From NCBI GenBank assembly GCA_039096225.1, contig JBBPEB010000013.1:1-64000 (forward strand): DNA of 64,000 bases, in the 5' to 3' direction. The DNA comes from Blastocystis sp. Blastoise (lineage: Eukaryota; Protista; Bigyra: Opalinata). Below the pieces are notes generated by a model. It was not told the DNA's origin, ran no database searches, and was given only the letters and a program-made list of their open reading frames with translations. Each line of letters starts with the position of its first letter. Within the stretch, counting starts at the first letter, position 1. The position numbers were made by a program, and so were the translations under genes. Positions 15,040 to 32,946 of the stretch are shown in pieces.

Positions 15040-16525
15040 GATACTTGATCATTTATATAAAGTGTTAAACACCATATTCGTATAAGAGCTTTTAGCTATA
15101 TATATATTCTTTTTTAATTGTTTTCTTATATTTTTATGTATTAAATTTTTGAATCTTATATCATCTATATTATGTAATATTTTAAATTAGATAATTATTG
15201 TTTTGAATAATACCATTTATTGAGGTAACAATAATATCAAAATTACCAACTGATATAATATTTAAAATTAAATATATGAGATAACTTTAATCAATTAAAG
15301 AATTATAGTGTAGGGAAGAGCTGACAATTTTTTATGTATCATATCACAAGAGTCTGAAAAATTTGAAATTTCTTGAATCTTATTGGGATGATTGATATAC
15401 ATATAGAAGGATATTATAATATAAAAGAATGAGAATTAACCTTAAATACGATGATACATATGAAATAAATAGTAGCTGGAATAAGAGTATATAATAATCA
15501 TAGAGTATATAATGATTCTTAAAGACTTGAAAAAGTCATATAGTAGAAGATTAAAAATATTTAAACAAAAACATTACATATAATCATCAACCTAGAAGTC
15601 ATAAACATAAGTAATGACTTGATATTGCGATTGAAGAATAAGAACAGAGGATATAACAAGTACTCGACATGTAGTTGATTATATGTATGATGATATAGGC
15701 TAAAATAATATATTTTGTTCAATAACCATAATATTATTGATAAAACTAATGATAAAACAAAATAATATAAGAGGACACAATAATGAGAAGATCATAACGT
15801 AATTCAATAAAATATAAGATATGACAAAAATTGACGAAGGTATTACAGTTTATAAGAAATCATAGTAAGTAAATAGAATATATTAAATATGTAATAGTAA
15901 TTTGAATAGTATGATATATCATATATATAAGGGTAATAATGAAGTTAAGCATGATAAAACATTAATTCAACTCATTAATGAATTAATGTTAGTATATGAA
16001 GTTTGCTAAATGTACAAAGATGGATTCAACAATGATAATGAAAAGTTTAATAGAAATAATTTCAAATATATAGAAATTCTGTTAAATATACATCTATATA
16101 TGATAGTTAAGATAATAAAGAATAATAATAATTTCTAATATCTTATTGATAACTGTATTCTTTATATATTATTATCATTATCCATTCAGCAATTATATCA
16201 TTTATTAGTCATATATAACATCATTTTTATGATAACATAATCAAACAAAAATATGTTCTTTTTTGATAATCGATATTATATTTTAGTATCATAACATAGC
16301 ATCGATTTCTGTTTAATAATTAAAACGGCATAATTACTATAGTATAATACTACAGGTTTAAAAGCAAACTTAAAGAATCAGAAAAGAAGAAAAATGAAGA
16401 AAAAAAATAATAAGAATAAAGTATCTTCTAGATCTATATGATTATTATTTTTTCACATTGATAATTCTAAACACCAAATTTGAATATTTGAACATTTGTT
16501 ATTGTATTCATTAGTAGAAATGTTT

Positions 16526-17136
16526 CTACGCTACTATTGCCTTTGAAGTGAAAGATATACATGTAGAATCAGGACATCTTAATTGATTGTTCATACATCC
16601 ATAAGTAATAGGACATGTTAATCTACAAATACCATCTGAACATAATTGATATGTAGATATAAAACAACTATATGTATTATTATTTGAATATAGAATAGGA
16701 ATAAAAATAGATAATGTTGTAGAATCATAATGAATATTCATTTGATTTGATTTTTCTTTAAAATAGAATAATCATAATAATGATAAGGTGAATAAATAGA
16801 TCTTCCTACTTGTTGTCCTGATGGTGATATAAATATAGAATTACAATCGATATTGATATCTATACAAATACCATTAGGACATCTTTTAGGAGATGTAGTA
16901 GGACAAGGAGGAATAGGAGGACAAAGAGAAATATCACGAAAAGATCCATCAGGACATAATGTAATAGAAGAAAAAGAAAGAGGAGAAGGAGAAGGAAGAG
17001 ATGAAAATAATGTTATATTTAATGTTTCACAATAAAGAGGAGAAGATACACATAAATCATTATAACAATGATAAGGAAGATTCTCAGGACAATTTGATAG
17101 TAATGGACAATCACCTTCATTTAATACACATGTACC
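16526..17136 (-). pseudogene. Isolated exon of a cysteine-rich repeat (CPDG/CPNG) surface-type protein
   Basis: After the acceptor ttttatag the frame is open: GTCVLNEGDCPLLSNCPENLPYHCYNDLCVSS...LCPDGS...CPTTSPKRCPNGIC...LCSDGIC...RCPDSTCIS. It then ends abruptly in unrelated sequence near 16550. Confidence 0.6.
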
Positions 17137-17152
17137 TATAAAATATTTTTTA

Positions 17153-19423
17153 TTATATAATTATTTTTATTATATTATCATTATCATTATCTTCTTGAAC
17201 AACTAAAATCTCTTGAAAATAATTTGGTAATGATTCTAATAAATGTATAAAATCTTTATGAATAGGATTATATACTTGTAATTGATTTATTAAAAAATCA
17301 TCTAACCATCTTCTTTCATTCTCTTCAAATATACTATATATATTATATACTATCTCATTCTCTATATTATATAATCTCTCTTTCTTATTCTTTTCTTCTA
17401 TATATCGATTAAACATATCATTCAATTCTTCTATTGTAGATCCATATAAAAATACTGGATAGATATCTTTACATATATATATCGAATATCCAATACCTAT
17501 TGCTATTATTGGAATATATCGATTTATTAAATTATATAAATCTCTATATTCTTCTTCATAATTATATATATAATAATTATCACTAAATATAAAAAGAAAA
17601 GAAGGAATAGATCGAGACAATAATAACGATGAAGCAATATTTATTGTATTATACATATTCATATTCATTTCTGATGGAGTTTCAAATATATAAAATAAAC
17701 TAGAAAGAATAGAAGCAGACATCAATTCTTTAGATGATATTCCTGTTGCTATATATATACTCTCTTTATTATTTATCCATATATCTATATATTCAATATT
17801 ACATTCAGATAAACTATATAAAATTGTAAATATTATTTGAATAGAAAATAATATATTACTTATATTAAAAGCAATTGGAGAATTATCTATTATTATAGAT
17901 ATACTATAATGTCTCTTATCTCCTCGATTATATTTCTTAAATATCTTATATATATTATAAGGATCAATTAATGATTGTATATAATTCTTCATATAAATAG
18001 TTTCTCCAAAATATGAAGGAGACCATAAATTATTCTCATTAATAGGAAATAAAAAAGAAGAAAATAAATAAGTAAATGAAAGAGGATGAATAGATTGAAG
18101 TAAAAAATTAAAATCAATACATGTATCTATATTAGGAAAATAAAATAATAATGAAGAAGATATAGAAGATAAAGAAGATAAAGAAGATAAAGAAGATAAA
18201 GAAGATAATGATGATGATGATGATATTTTTGAAATATTTGAATATAATAAATAATGAATAGATTGATTTGAAGAAGGAAATATAGGATTCTTCATAAATG
18301 AAGATAATATAATATTATTATTTAAAGAAGAATAAGAAATAGATGATATTAAAAAAGGAATATACGAATAATTATGATTATCAATATTTATTTTCTTTCT
18401 ATTTATATCTTCTATTGAATTCCAAAGAAAAGAAAGAAATGTATCTGATATTATAGATATAGAATCAATAGTAGTATTATAATGAGTAATATGAGAAGGA
18501 AATAAAGAATTCAATGAGATTTCAAGTTCTTTCTCTTCTTGTATTGAAATATCATCATTCTTTATATGAAATATATATATTTTTGATAAGATAGATCGAA
18601 TCTGTTTATATATATTATCTTTAGGATATATACATAATTCAGATAAACAATCAGATATAAAAATACATGGAATATCTTCAGAAAGAAAATCTTCTATATT
18701 CGATTCTTTTATCTCTTTATGTATATATATAGATAAATAATGAAATGGAGAACAAATAAATTTAGATATTTTTGAAAGATCTAAGAAGAATGATATATAT
18801 TCAAATAATGAAGATAAAGGATTTATTTGAATTCTATAGAAATGATCTTCAGTATAACAAATATATAATATCATTTCAATATGAAGTGATTTAAAAAATA
18901 AATAGAGAATACATAATAATAAAGAACGATAAGATCTCATTTTATATGTTATTGTAATTGATAAATCAATAAGTATACATATAGAAGAAATAAATATATT
19001 TTCTTTATTTTTATTATTTGATAGAAATATAAAGAAAGAAGAAAGCCATCGAGATATTAATGGACATAAGGATATTATATAATGAGAAAGTACTAAAGAA
19101 GAATCTTCATCAATTGTATGATTTTCTTTTTCTATTAATTTATAAGTTTTAATTGAAGATAAAAGTAATATAGGAATATAAGAAAAATATGAAATAGAAG
19201 ATCGTTTAAAGAACATTTGATAATATTCAGAAATAGAAAATGAAATATATTCTTTAGGAATATCTATTGAAATATAATCTTCTATTTGATAAGTATAATT
19301 ATTTAAACAAATATTTATATCATTTTTATTCTTATTATAAATATTTAAATCTCTTATTAAAATAATTTTATTATTATTTTGTTTATTATTATTATTATTT
19401 TGTTTATTATTATTATTATTTTG

Positions 19424-19465
<42 letters not shown>

Positions 19466-19468
19466 TTG

Positions 19469-19538
<70 letters not shown>

Positions 19539-22500
19539 TCTAATATATATTCATCAATTATTTGATTATTTTCATCTAATTTATCTTTATTATTCAATTC
19601 ATATTTACTATATTGATTATTGATCTTATATTCATCATATAATGGTAATGTATACCATACATCTTCCTTTAATAATCTATGAATACAAGATAAAATATTT
19701 TGAATCATCATAGAAAAGGATAAACAATAATAAATATCAGAAAATTCTTCTAATAAATTCATTACTTTATTCATTTCTTCTTTATCTATTAACAATAAAA
19801 ATTCACTATTATTAAGATAAAATAAAAGATCTATAAAGGATCTATTATTATATAAATATCGAATATTATTATTCTTTGAATAAAATAATTGTATAGAATC
19901 ATATATAACAGAAGAACAAACATTAGTAGATCGTAATATAGGTTTTGAATGAGGATATTGAACAGGATCAGAAATATCAAATAAACGATTATTCTCTATA
20001 TAAAATAAAGATTGAGTTCCTTGTGTCTTACTATTTAATAATATTGAACATCCTATAGGTTGTAATATATATTCATTATTTATAGGAAGTTTCTCTATAT
20101 TCAAATTAATATTAGAATCATGAATTGTAGATATAGTCATTCTATCTTTATGAATCATTATATATTGTTTATTTTCAATAGTATTATCAACATATAAAGA
20201 ACAACAAGGAGATATACTTAAATATTGACGACTTGCACTAATCTTAAATGATATATTTATAATATATTGTTTCTCTTCATATAAAGATGATTCTTTATTT
20301 ATATATGGAATATTTAAATATATATTATAATATATATTATTATTATTATTATTATTATATTCTAATTTCATAAAATCTTCTTTAAGTGTACAACAAAGAT
20401 ATTCATTTTTCTTTAAAGAAAGATTCATTGTAGTAGAACTAAAATATAATGGATAATCATAAGGATTCAATATAGGTAAAAAGAAAGAACAATCAGAATA
20501 ACTTTTAAAATATGTACCAATATCAATATTAAATATATTCTTTACTTCTTTATTATTATTTATATTTCTTAATGAAGAATTATTTCTATTTATATAAAAA
20601 AGAGGAGTATCATTATATTGATCTATATATAGAATTAATGTATCTGTTCTATAAAATTGAATAGTATTCTTATTTATATCTTTTGTAGAATCTAATATTG
20701 TAGATATTTCTTGTTTGAAATTATAAAGAAATAAATTATTATTCATTAAATTATTATTATCATTATATATTGTATTCATATAAGTATATATATCTGTAAT
20801 AGTTTCAGGATTAGATGGTAATGATATACAATGAGATAAACATTCTAATAAGAATAAAGATATATATGTATAATGAGAAGGAGATAAAAATATATATTTT
20901 TGATTTATAGGAATAGATGTATGAATTAAATAAAGAGATAATGAAGATATAGAAGAAATATCTGAATGAAATGAATGAAGATAATTATAATAAGATAATA
21001 TATAAGAATTTATATAAATATTCTTTTGAAAAGAATAAAGAGGAAATAAAGATTTATTTGAAGATTCATTTATATTTAAAGAAATAGAAGATATATTATT
21101 ATTATTATTATTATTATTATTTAAATTTATATAGAAATCATGAAAATTATTTAATTCTTTATAAATAGTTTTTGTTCTATCAAATATAAATAAAAAATCA
21201 AAAAGTGTTGTTTCTTGAATATGTTGAATATAATATAAATATTGTTCTTTCATAATTAAAGGATTCTTCAAATAAATAGAGAATAGAAAAGAAGGAAAAG
21301 GAGATTCAAAGAAAAGAGGATAATATTCACATAAAATACTTTCTATATTAATAGTTATATTATTAGTATTAAAATTGAAAGAATTAGTTATATATTCATA
21401 AAATATAGATATATTATTATTATCTAAGATATTATCTAAGATATTATTATTTAAAAATGATGATAAAGAATCTAATGATATATTTAATGAAGAAATAGAA
21501 TAAATTGTATGAATATAAAGAGGATAAAATTTAATGAATTCTAATATAGAAGAAGTTAAAGATAATGAATAATTATATATATATAAATTCATTATTGTAT
21601 TTATATAGATATATAAAGAGATTAATTGATGAATAGTAAATGATGTTTGAAATGGAATTGATTTCATATGTAATATACTTTGTATTTTAGGATGTATATA
21701 AATATCAAATACTAATAAAGAATTTGTATCTATTATATCATAATCTATATTAGAAATATAATCATTATTATTATTATTATCATTATTATTATTATTATAC
21801 TTTTCTTTCTTATAAGGAATTAATAATTTATATATATATAAACAAAATAATCCTAAATCAAAATATTCAAAGAAATGTAAATATTCTGATTTATTAAATT
21901 CTATTGAATATAAAAATTGAATATATTGAGGAAAACAAAATAATATTTTTCTATCAAATTCATTATTATTATTTAAAGAAGGAAGATTTATTATATTATT
22001 ATTTTTATTATTATTTATAATATTATTATTATTATCATTATTAATAATTTTATTATTATTTATAATATCATTATTATTTAAAATATATATTATATATTGT
22101 AATGTATTAAAATCAATTCCAAAAGGATATATTCTTTCTATTCTTTCATAAATAGAAGAAGAAAAATTAAAATGATTAATTGAAGAATATAAATATTGCA
22201 TATTCATTTGTCTTCTCTTTATATTATATAAATCTATAGGATGCTCTATTATATATATTAACTGTTTTTTACTATATTCATTATCATAAATATATTTAAC
22301 AAAAGAAAGAGTCTTTGGTAATTGTTCTATTATATTATTATATTCTTCTAAATATTTTAAAATATCCATATAATCAATATCAATCTCTATATTCTTTGAT
22401 TTATATATTTCTATATATTTATCAAATTGAATCCATAACTCAAATAAAACACTTATTTTATGTAAAAATATAGGAATATCAACAGATTTATCATTTTGTA

Positions 22501-24730
22501 TATATTCAAATATATATTCATAAAAGGATCGATATAATAATAATTCATTTGGAATATATGTATCTTCTATACATACTTTATATATAAATATCAATTTATC
22601 TTCGATATTCTCAAATATATAATAATCACAAGGATCTTTTCCATATATATATGCATTATTCATTGAATTTATATCTTTTATATCTTTTATATTATATTGT
22701 TTTGTATCAAATACTAACCATCTCTTCAATAATTGTGTTTCAGGAATAGTATTCTCTAAGAGAAACCAATCTCGTTCACCATAAAATGATAAAAGAGAAT
22801 ATAATATAAGAAATACAGGATAAGTAATACTACAACACCAATGATTCTCTTTATATAATAAAATATATAATAAATCAATCTCATTCTTTGTAAAATCATT
22901 ATATTTACATTTATATAATAATTCTTTTATGATTTGAATCATATTGATTTCTTTTTCTATCGAATAATCACTTTTTAAATTTATAAATAAATCATTTATA
23001 ATAGTCTTAGGAAATTCATTACATATAGATAAAGATGAAGATTTTATTGAATTATTTAATGAATTATTTATTGAATTATTTATTGAATTATTTAATGAAT
23101 TATTTAATGAATTATTTATAGAATTATTTATAGAATTATTTATTGAATTATTTATTGAATTATTTATTGAATTATTTATTGAATTATTTATTGAATTATT
23201 TATTGAATTATTTATAGAATTATTTATTGAATTATTTAATGAATTATTTAATGAATTATTTATTGAATTATTTATTGAATTATTTAATGAATTATTTATT
23301 GATTTATTTATTGAATTATTTATTGATTTCTTAACATTATTATCCACATGATTATCATTACCTTTCATTATAGAAATATCAATCGATTCTATTGTATCTC
23401 TAAATAATTTATAAGATATAGTATTCTTCATTATTGATTCCAAAGAAAACAATGAATTTATATTATATTTATCTTGAATCTCTTTATATATTTCTTCTTT
23501 TGATATATATGGTATATTTAATATTATACATCGATCTATAAGAGATAAAGATATATTATTTAAAGTATTCTCATGAAATCGAAATAGAATTCGAAAAGAA
23601 GGATGAATAAAATATCCATATTCACCATTCATCGTATAATGATACTCATTATTATTTATATCTCTATATATATAATAAGGATTCTCTTCTAATAAAGAAT
23701 TCAATATTGTAAGTATCTTATCAATATGAATATCTATTATATCTAATATTAACCAATATCCATTTATAATACAATCTAATAAACATCCTTTATTATATAT
23801 TATAGATTTCTTTTTATCATATTCATATTCTATTTCATTATTCTCATTATTATTATTATTAGTTTCATTTGATAAATCCATAGAATGATATTCTTCAAAT
23901 AACCGTGAATTTTTATGAGTAGATCCTTCTAGATCTAATAATTTTTTACCATCTATTGAAGATAATGGTTTATTAATATGAATAGAATTATTCTTTATAG
24001 AATTATTTATAGTAGAACTCTTTATACTATCTTCTTTTGATTTACTTATAGAAGAATAATCACTTTTAATACTTGATTTTCTTTTTAAAGATTCTTTAGA
24101 AATATTATTCCTTCTATGTTTTACATAATCATCAGAACTATCATCATCATTATTACGACGTTTATTCTTTTTTAATTTCATATTTATACCTTTACGTTTA
24201 TATTTATCTAAATCATTTCCATCTATATTATAAGTAGGATCATAATTATGACGTGAAATAGAATGATAATTTTCTTTTTTATCATTTTTATCATTATCAA
24301 TTTCAAATGTTTCATCATTTTCATATTCACTTTGATTATCACTATCATCATAATGATAGAATGAACCTCTTCCTCTTCCTCGACCTCTACCTCGACCTCT
24401 ACCATGAGATCGTAATTTACCACGTCCACGACCACGGCCACGAATAATAGGATTGGATACTCTATCGGTATCTGTTATTATACTTGTAGTATCATCATCA
24501 TTATCATTATCTTCTTTTTCTTCTTCTTCTTCTCTTTCTTTTATTTCTTCTTCTTCTTCATCATCATCTTCTTCTTTTCTTTCTTCTTTTGTTTCTTTTT
24601 CTTTATGATTTTCTATTTTTTCTTCTTTTTGTTCTTTTTCTTCTGGTATACTATCTTCTTTTCTTGCTTTTTCCTCTTCTTGTATATTATTTATATTTGA
24701 ATAATCAATACTATGATTTCTATTATTCAT
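17153..24730 (-). CDS. 2525-aa intronless midasin-like ORF (degenerate partial AAA module plus C-terminal VWA domain, Asn-rich); likely a truncated or pseudogenised fragment
   Basis: GCLLDCIINGYWLILD..KILTILNSLLE..IHPSFRILF..ISLSLIDRC resembles a dynein/midasin AAA module with no Walker A seen. FGETIYMKNYIQ..KIFKKYNRGDKRHYSISIIIDNS..LFIFSD resembles the midasin VWA. The frame extends upstream past an in-frame TAG (24731-24733) and a frameshift near 24980. Confidence 0.6.
19370..19540. repeat. (AAT)n trinucleotide tract encoding poly-Asn
   Basis: Direct reading. Confidence 0.9.
23045..23330. repeat. 12-bp coding minisatellite encoding (S-I/L-N-N)n
   Basis: Repeated ttattgaattat units; SINN/SLNN run in the translation. 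Confidence 0.9.
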
Positions 24731-25172
24731 CTAATTTATATCGTTTATACTATCTTTAGAAGAATCACGAATAGTATTACCTTTAACAGAAGAATTATTC
24801 TTATTATTTGATATATCTTTTGAATTATTTATAGTTTTATCTTGAGAAGAAAATAAAGATGAAGAAGATGAAGAATTAGAAACATTTGATTCTTTACGAT
24901 GTTTATTTGAATGTATATTATTATTATTTATAGAAATAGAATTATCTTTAAGAGAGAGATTCGATTCATCTGTTTCTTATTATTATTATCTTTATTTATA
25001 TTATTCATATTTGATCTATTTATATCAATCTTATTTATCTTCTTAGAGTTTATATGCTGATTATTTGGTCTAGAATTATCTCCTTTAGAATCTATATATA
25101 GAAAATATTTTAGAAATAAAAATAAATATTAATAATTAGAGGGGTAATTCATTAGTCTTATAAAGAATACTC

Positions 25173-25225
<53 letters not shown>

Positions 25226-25252
25226 GAAAATAATAATAATAATAATAAAGAA

Positions 25253-25283
<31 letters not shown>

Positions 25284-25301
25284 TATATATATATATATAT
25301 A

Positions 25302-28305
<3,004 letters not shown>

Positions 28306-29421
28306 TATATATTAATAATAATAAACATAATTAATAATAATAATAATCAAATAATAATAATAATAAACAAAATAATAATAATAATAATAAACAAAATAAT
28401 AATAATAATAATAAACAAAATATAATAATAATAATAATATTTATCAGGATTTACCATTTCAAATAAAAAAGACGCAACTAACATCATGATTCACCAATGG
28501 TAAAAGAAAACGACTATCCTATAATATAATACACAATAAGCATACAATAAAAATAGAATAAAATAAACAAATAACAAAAGAATAATTTCAATAAGGAATT
28601 GACAAAAAAAGAAAAATGAGTCAAAGCAAATAAAAAATAAAAATATATTTATATACCTTCATTAATCTGTTGATTGGCTGTCTGGAAGAAGTTTAAATGA
28701 AAATAACCAAGGAACCTAAAAGAATTAAAAATAAATGTAAAAATAAATACCATATAAGAAATAATTCAACGTGAAGCTATAGCAAACCATTTTGTAATAA
28801 ATCAAGGAGACGGTCTGAATTGAAGAAGAAATCTAAAATGGAAAAATCTAAAAGAATCAAGTCGTAAACTAGGAAATTTTTAATAAATAAATACTGATAC
28901 ATTATCTATTGAGCTTATGAACATCAATAATTTTTAGTATAAACTTCATTTTTAGTTGCAGACAATAAATTAAAAATAAAAGATGAATTCATAGTTAAAT
29001 TCAAATTCTTTAGTCAAGAAATAAATATTTTCATAAAAATTCGTTTTTTTTTATTTCTATAAATTTCATGATAGTTTATTAGAATTTTTGTTTATAACAG
29101 TCCAATCACAACCATATTCAAAAAATGATGTTGTATCCCAATAATTATAACTTTGAAAATAAAAACTCATTTTCTTTGACTCTTTGATCTGTTGGCTTAT
29201 TCCTTTAAAAACTATTGATTTTTACTAGAAACGTTTCCACACTACATAATTAACGCTAAAAACAACTTTTTAAAAGACTTTTATTTGATTCTGAGGAAAA
29301 GTAGTTTTTTTAGAAGTTTTGACATACTATTTGTATGCGGAACTTTATTCATGATAAAATTTAATGAAAAAACAATTTTAAAACTCTTATGTCATCTGAT
29401 ATACAATAAAATATAAATAGA

Positions 29422-29805
29422 CTCAGTTTTGAACAAAAAAATTATTCCCGTTATTAAAAAAGAATCAAAAACTCTGGTCTGACTGCCCATGGAATAAATA
29501 GGGTGGGTTCAATTTTTCAGTGTAAAAAAAATATAAATTTTTGACTTTTTGGCTGAATTTTGGTTTTGACTTATAGAGGTCGTTTTATAAACTTTTATAC
29601 ATGCTTATGACTCTGAGATGGTCTTCACTTTAAACACAACTATAAAAAGTTTTAGAATATTGATCCCATTATTTTTCAAAATTGCCACTTAGAATGAAAT
29701 AGAAACGTATTTGATATTGTGCAACGTTCAAAAATAATATAAAAATGTCAATACATTGATAAAATATGCTTAGTAGTGTTTTTGAATTAAAATCACTAAT
29801 CAACA
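29422..29805 (+). repeat. Dispersed ~380-bp repeat, copy 2
   Basis: Diverged direct copy of 10625-11005. Confidence 0.85.
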
Positions 29806-29919
29806 AAAACTTTCCTGAAATATTCTTTTTTTGTATTCATTTTTATTTATTTATTTAATATTGATTAAAAATGTCTTTACGTAAAAATAAGCTATTAAAA
29901 AGCTATAAATAGTCAAAAG

Positions 29920-30448
29920 TACTTAAAGTCCCTGGAAAAACCCGGTCATCTGGAAAAAACAGGTCCATTTTTTTTAATGTTATTTTCATGTAAATAATGA
30001 TTTTTTTACGGCAAAAAATATATAACCACGATTTTTAATTTTTTTTTGTTTTATACACAGTTTTATTAGCAACATCATTAATATGCGAGTCATCTATATT
30101 CCCTTCCATCACTTTTACAGCACATACCATGATAATAGTTTATTGTCACTTCAGCCTGACTTAAATTGACTTATCGAGAATAAATAAGATTACACTGTTA
30201 AAAATTAATATTATATAGCATATTTCGTGATAATTACCACATAACAATTCTGTTAAGTGATGTGGAAAGTGGATGACATATATAGTAATGATTATATAAA
30301 CAAAAATGTTTATAAAACGAAAAAAAAAATGAAAAATCGTGGTTATTTTGTTTTTGTCGTTAAAAAACGTATTTACATGAAAATAACATTAAAAGAAAAA
30401 TGGACCTTTTTTTTCCAGAGGAAGGTTTTTTTCCAGGGACTTTATGTA
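29920..30448. mobile_element. MITE/foldback element with ~200-bp imperfect TIRs, TA-flanked (Tc1/mariner-like target)
   Basis: Left TA-cttaaagtccctggaaaaa..tctggaaaaaacaggtccattt..aatgttattttcatgtaaata; right tatttacatgaaaataacatt..aaatggacc.ttttttccaga..tttttccagggactttatg-TA. Coordinates include both TA. Confidence 0.85.
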
Positions 30449-30564
30449 TGATAGAAATCACTAACTGGCTTTTGTTTTTCTGAATTCAGTCGAATTAAGC
30501 AATGCTGAAAAAAATATCATAAAAGTCTCTACGCAATTGTTATACACACTCCGAAAGGCAGTGT

Positions 30565-30810
30565 TTATTATGTGACATCAGCATTTAATTCTTCATTTAT
30601 TATGTGACGTCAGCATTAAATTCTTTATTTATTATGTGACGTCACCATTTAATTATTTATTAATTATATGACGTCAGATTTAATTAATCATTTATTAGGT
30701 GACATCAGCATAAAATTCTTTATTTATTTGGTGACGTATGATTTAATTCCTTTTTTTTAGGTGATGTCAGCAATAAATTCCTTATTTATCAGGTGACATC
30801 ATCATTTAAT
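30565..30810. repeat. Tandem array of 8 degenerate ~32-bp units with a TGACGTCA/TGACATCA core
   Basis: Cores at 30573, 30605, 30637, 30669, 30700, 30732, 30762, 30794; perfect TGACGTCA at 30605, 30637, 30669. Confidence 0.9.
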
Positions 30811-30995
30811 TTTTGTTGTTAGGAAATTATTATAAAACTGAGACATAGTTAAATATTGTTGAACAATTTATAATTAAAATAATTTTTATTACATAACATT
30901 ATAAATAATAAAAATAATTGATATTATAAAATATATAATAAGTGTGTAGAATGAATTAAAATGAATTATATAGATACATAAAATAATTAAAGTGG

Positions 30996-31660
30996 ATGAA
31001 AAAGCATCTTAAAATATTATTTAATCAATATAGAAAGTGTTTCAAAACTTGTTTAACAAATAAACAAAAAATTGTTAATATAAATAAATTAAATAATGTA
31101 GATTTTGGTGTTGTAAATATTCTCGTTGTGCAAAGAGAAACTATAAAATTAAGGTTTGGTTATACAACAGCTGCGCAATGAGAGTATCGTTCTGGGTAGA
31201 TTTTCAAATTTCAAATTTCTTTTTTGAGGAAGAAAAAACAGTAATTTATGTTTATTATTTTTCATATTTTATAAGTCAAGATCAAGAAAGAATTAGATAA
31301 TCTGGTGGTGATAATACATCAGAATAGTACTGTAGTATGACTAAGAAATACTACGAAATAAAAAAAAGGAAAAATATATATGACTATTTTGAAAGGATTA
31401 TGTTGATTAATAGATGATAAGGTTTTGAAGCCATGCATTTTCTGAACGTTAGTAATAATATGAAACAAATAGATAATTATTTTTTTCTTTATGTGAGTGA
31501 AAATAAAGACTTATAAAGATGCTAACATCTTATCAGATATATTTCATTGAATATATATATATATATATCTTTGTTTTATAGTGATATATACATATTAACG
31601 CACCACATGTCACATTACTTACATCTACGCGATTCATTTACTATGTGTCAACACCAAAAG
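30996..31660 (+). pseudogene. Possible highly decayed pogo/Tc1-like DDE transposase remnant
   Basis: Weak motif resemblance only: DIYILTHHMSHYLHLRD (cf. LPPH.SH.LQPLD) near 31580-31635; many stops. Confidence 0.25.
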
Positions 31661-32124
31661 AAATTCTCAAGTTTATATCGAAAATAGCTCGAATATATAT
31701 TTAATATAATATATTATCAAATTAATAATAAATTACAAATTTTAATCGTTAAGTAATTAAAAAAATATGTTTTTGTTGTTGCGTAAACAGTGCGCCTTTT
31801 TTTGACAACACAATTTTATATTTGCAAATAAAAAAATTAAACCATTGTATTTCAGTAAAAGGAGACTTTTTAATAAATGTAAAATGAACATTTATGATTA
31901 TTCAATAATATAGAATGAATTAATATAATTTATTGGAATTTTATTTAAAAAAATCAAATTGTTTTTACAAAATTCATGTATAGCTAATTATAGATAAATA
32001 GGATCAAGAATACTTTAATTATTATCTTCTAATTCACAAAATACATGATTACTATAGAATTATAACAACAAATAATGATAAACATAAATAAAAATAGTTG
32101 AATAGTATTCATTATATTTACATT

Positions 32125-32561
32125 ATGGAACAAAATAATTTACAACAAGAGAACAAAAGTATAAATAATATTTTATAGATAATGCATTCAAGTAGAATTG
32201 TTAAATGATACAAATGAAGGAAACAACACCAAAAACAAAAATCAAACTAGTGATAATAATGAACAGTATACAGTAAACAAAATATGATAATTTTTCATAG
32301 TAAAGAAAAATGTGATGTGACTGTTATTAATAAGAAAATATCAAAAAAAAGTATATAAATAATAATTGTTTTATATATCTAGGAACAACGTCGAGCAGAA
32401 TTTATTCTCGAAGATACAGACTTCGTCTTAAAAACAAGATAGAAAAGTTAAGTACAGAAAATGAAGAATATTTACGTGTAATTAATAATTTACTAACAAA
32501 TTGTATAAATATTAAGAAAACTATTGATTATTTGTTAGCTGATTGTAGTACAGAGAAGTGA
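32125..32561 (+). CDS. Small bZIP transcription factor-like protein A (110 aa, 4 exons: 32125-32158, 32196-32265, 32301-32350, 32383-32561)
   Basis: Manual splicing of GT-AG introns (37, 35, 32 nt) gives an open frame: ...KKISKKRTTSSRIYSRRYRLRLKNKIEKLSTENEEYLRVINNLLTNCINIKKTIDYLL. Spacing is S-x7-R-x9-L with heptad d positions L,Y,L,I,L. Confidence 0.75.
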
Positions 32562-32946
32562 TTTAAAAGTCTACAATATATTGAACATTTATATTTTATA
32601 GATAGATGTCATAAATAATTATATCATTAAGAAATGATATCACAAATATAAAATATTATATAATTTTTTTTTAATTGTTTTAACATGCTATTTTAATAAA
32701 TATTCAATATTTTTTGTTAAAACCTACAAATAATAAAAGAAAATAAATGTAAAACAAAACATAAATTATAAGAAAAGAATCAATGAAAGAATTTTCAAGA
32801 CGATGATGAATTATATTATATTGAAATATATAGTTTTGATGAACAAATGAATTTTTAAGTCTAGATATAATATTGAAAAATATTTCTTAATAATAAAAAA
32901 ACAAATTAATTATATCAAACGCAAATCTATATGAACAAAGTATTCA

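Noticed and set aside
10313-15310. CACTA termini around the transposase (CACTA at 10313, TAGTG at 15306)
   Set aside because: No complementarity beyond the pentamer and no TSD
16853-17035. Plus-strand Gly-rich ORF
   Set aside because: Antisense shadow of the minus-strand Pro/Cys-rich exon
24731-24733. Variant genetic code (TAA/TAG as sense) suggested by in-frame stops here and at 59796
   Set aside because: TAA ends intact genes normally, a 2525-codon ORF has no internal TAR, and both cases are in genes with other lesions
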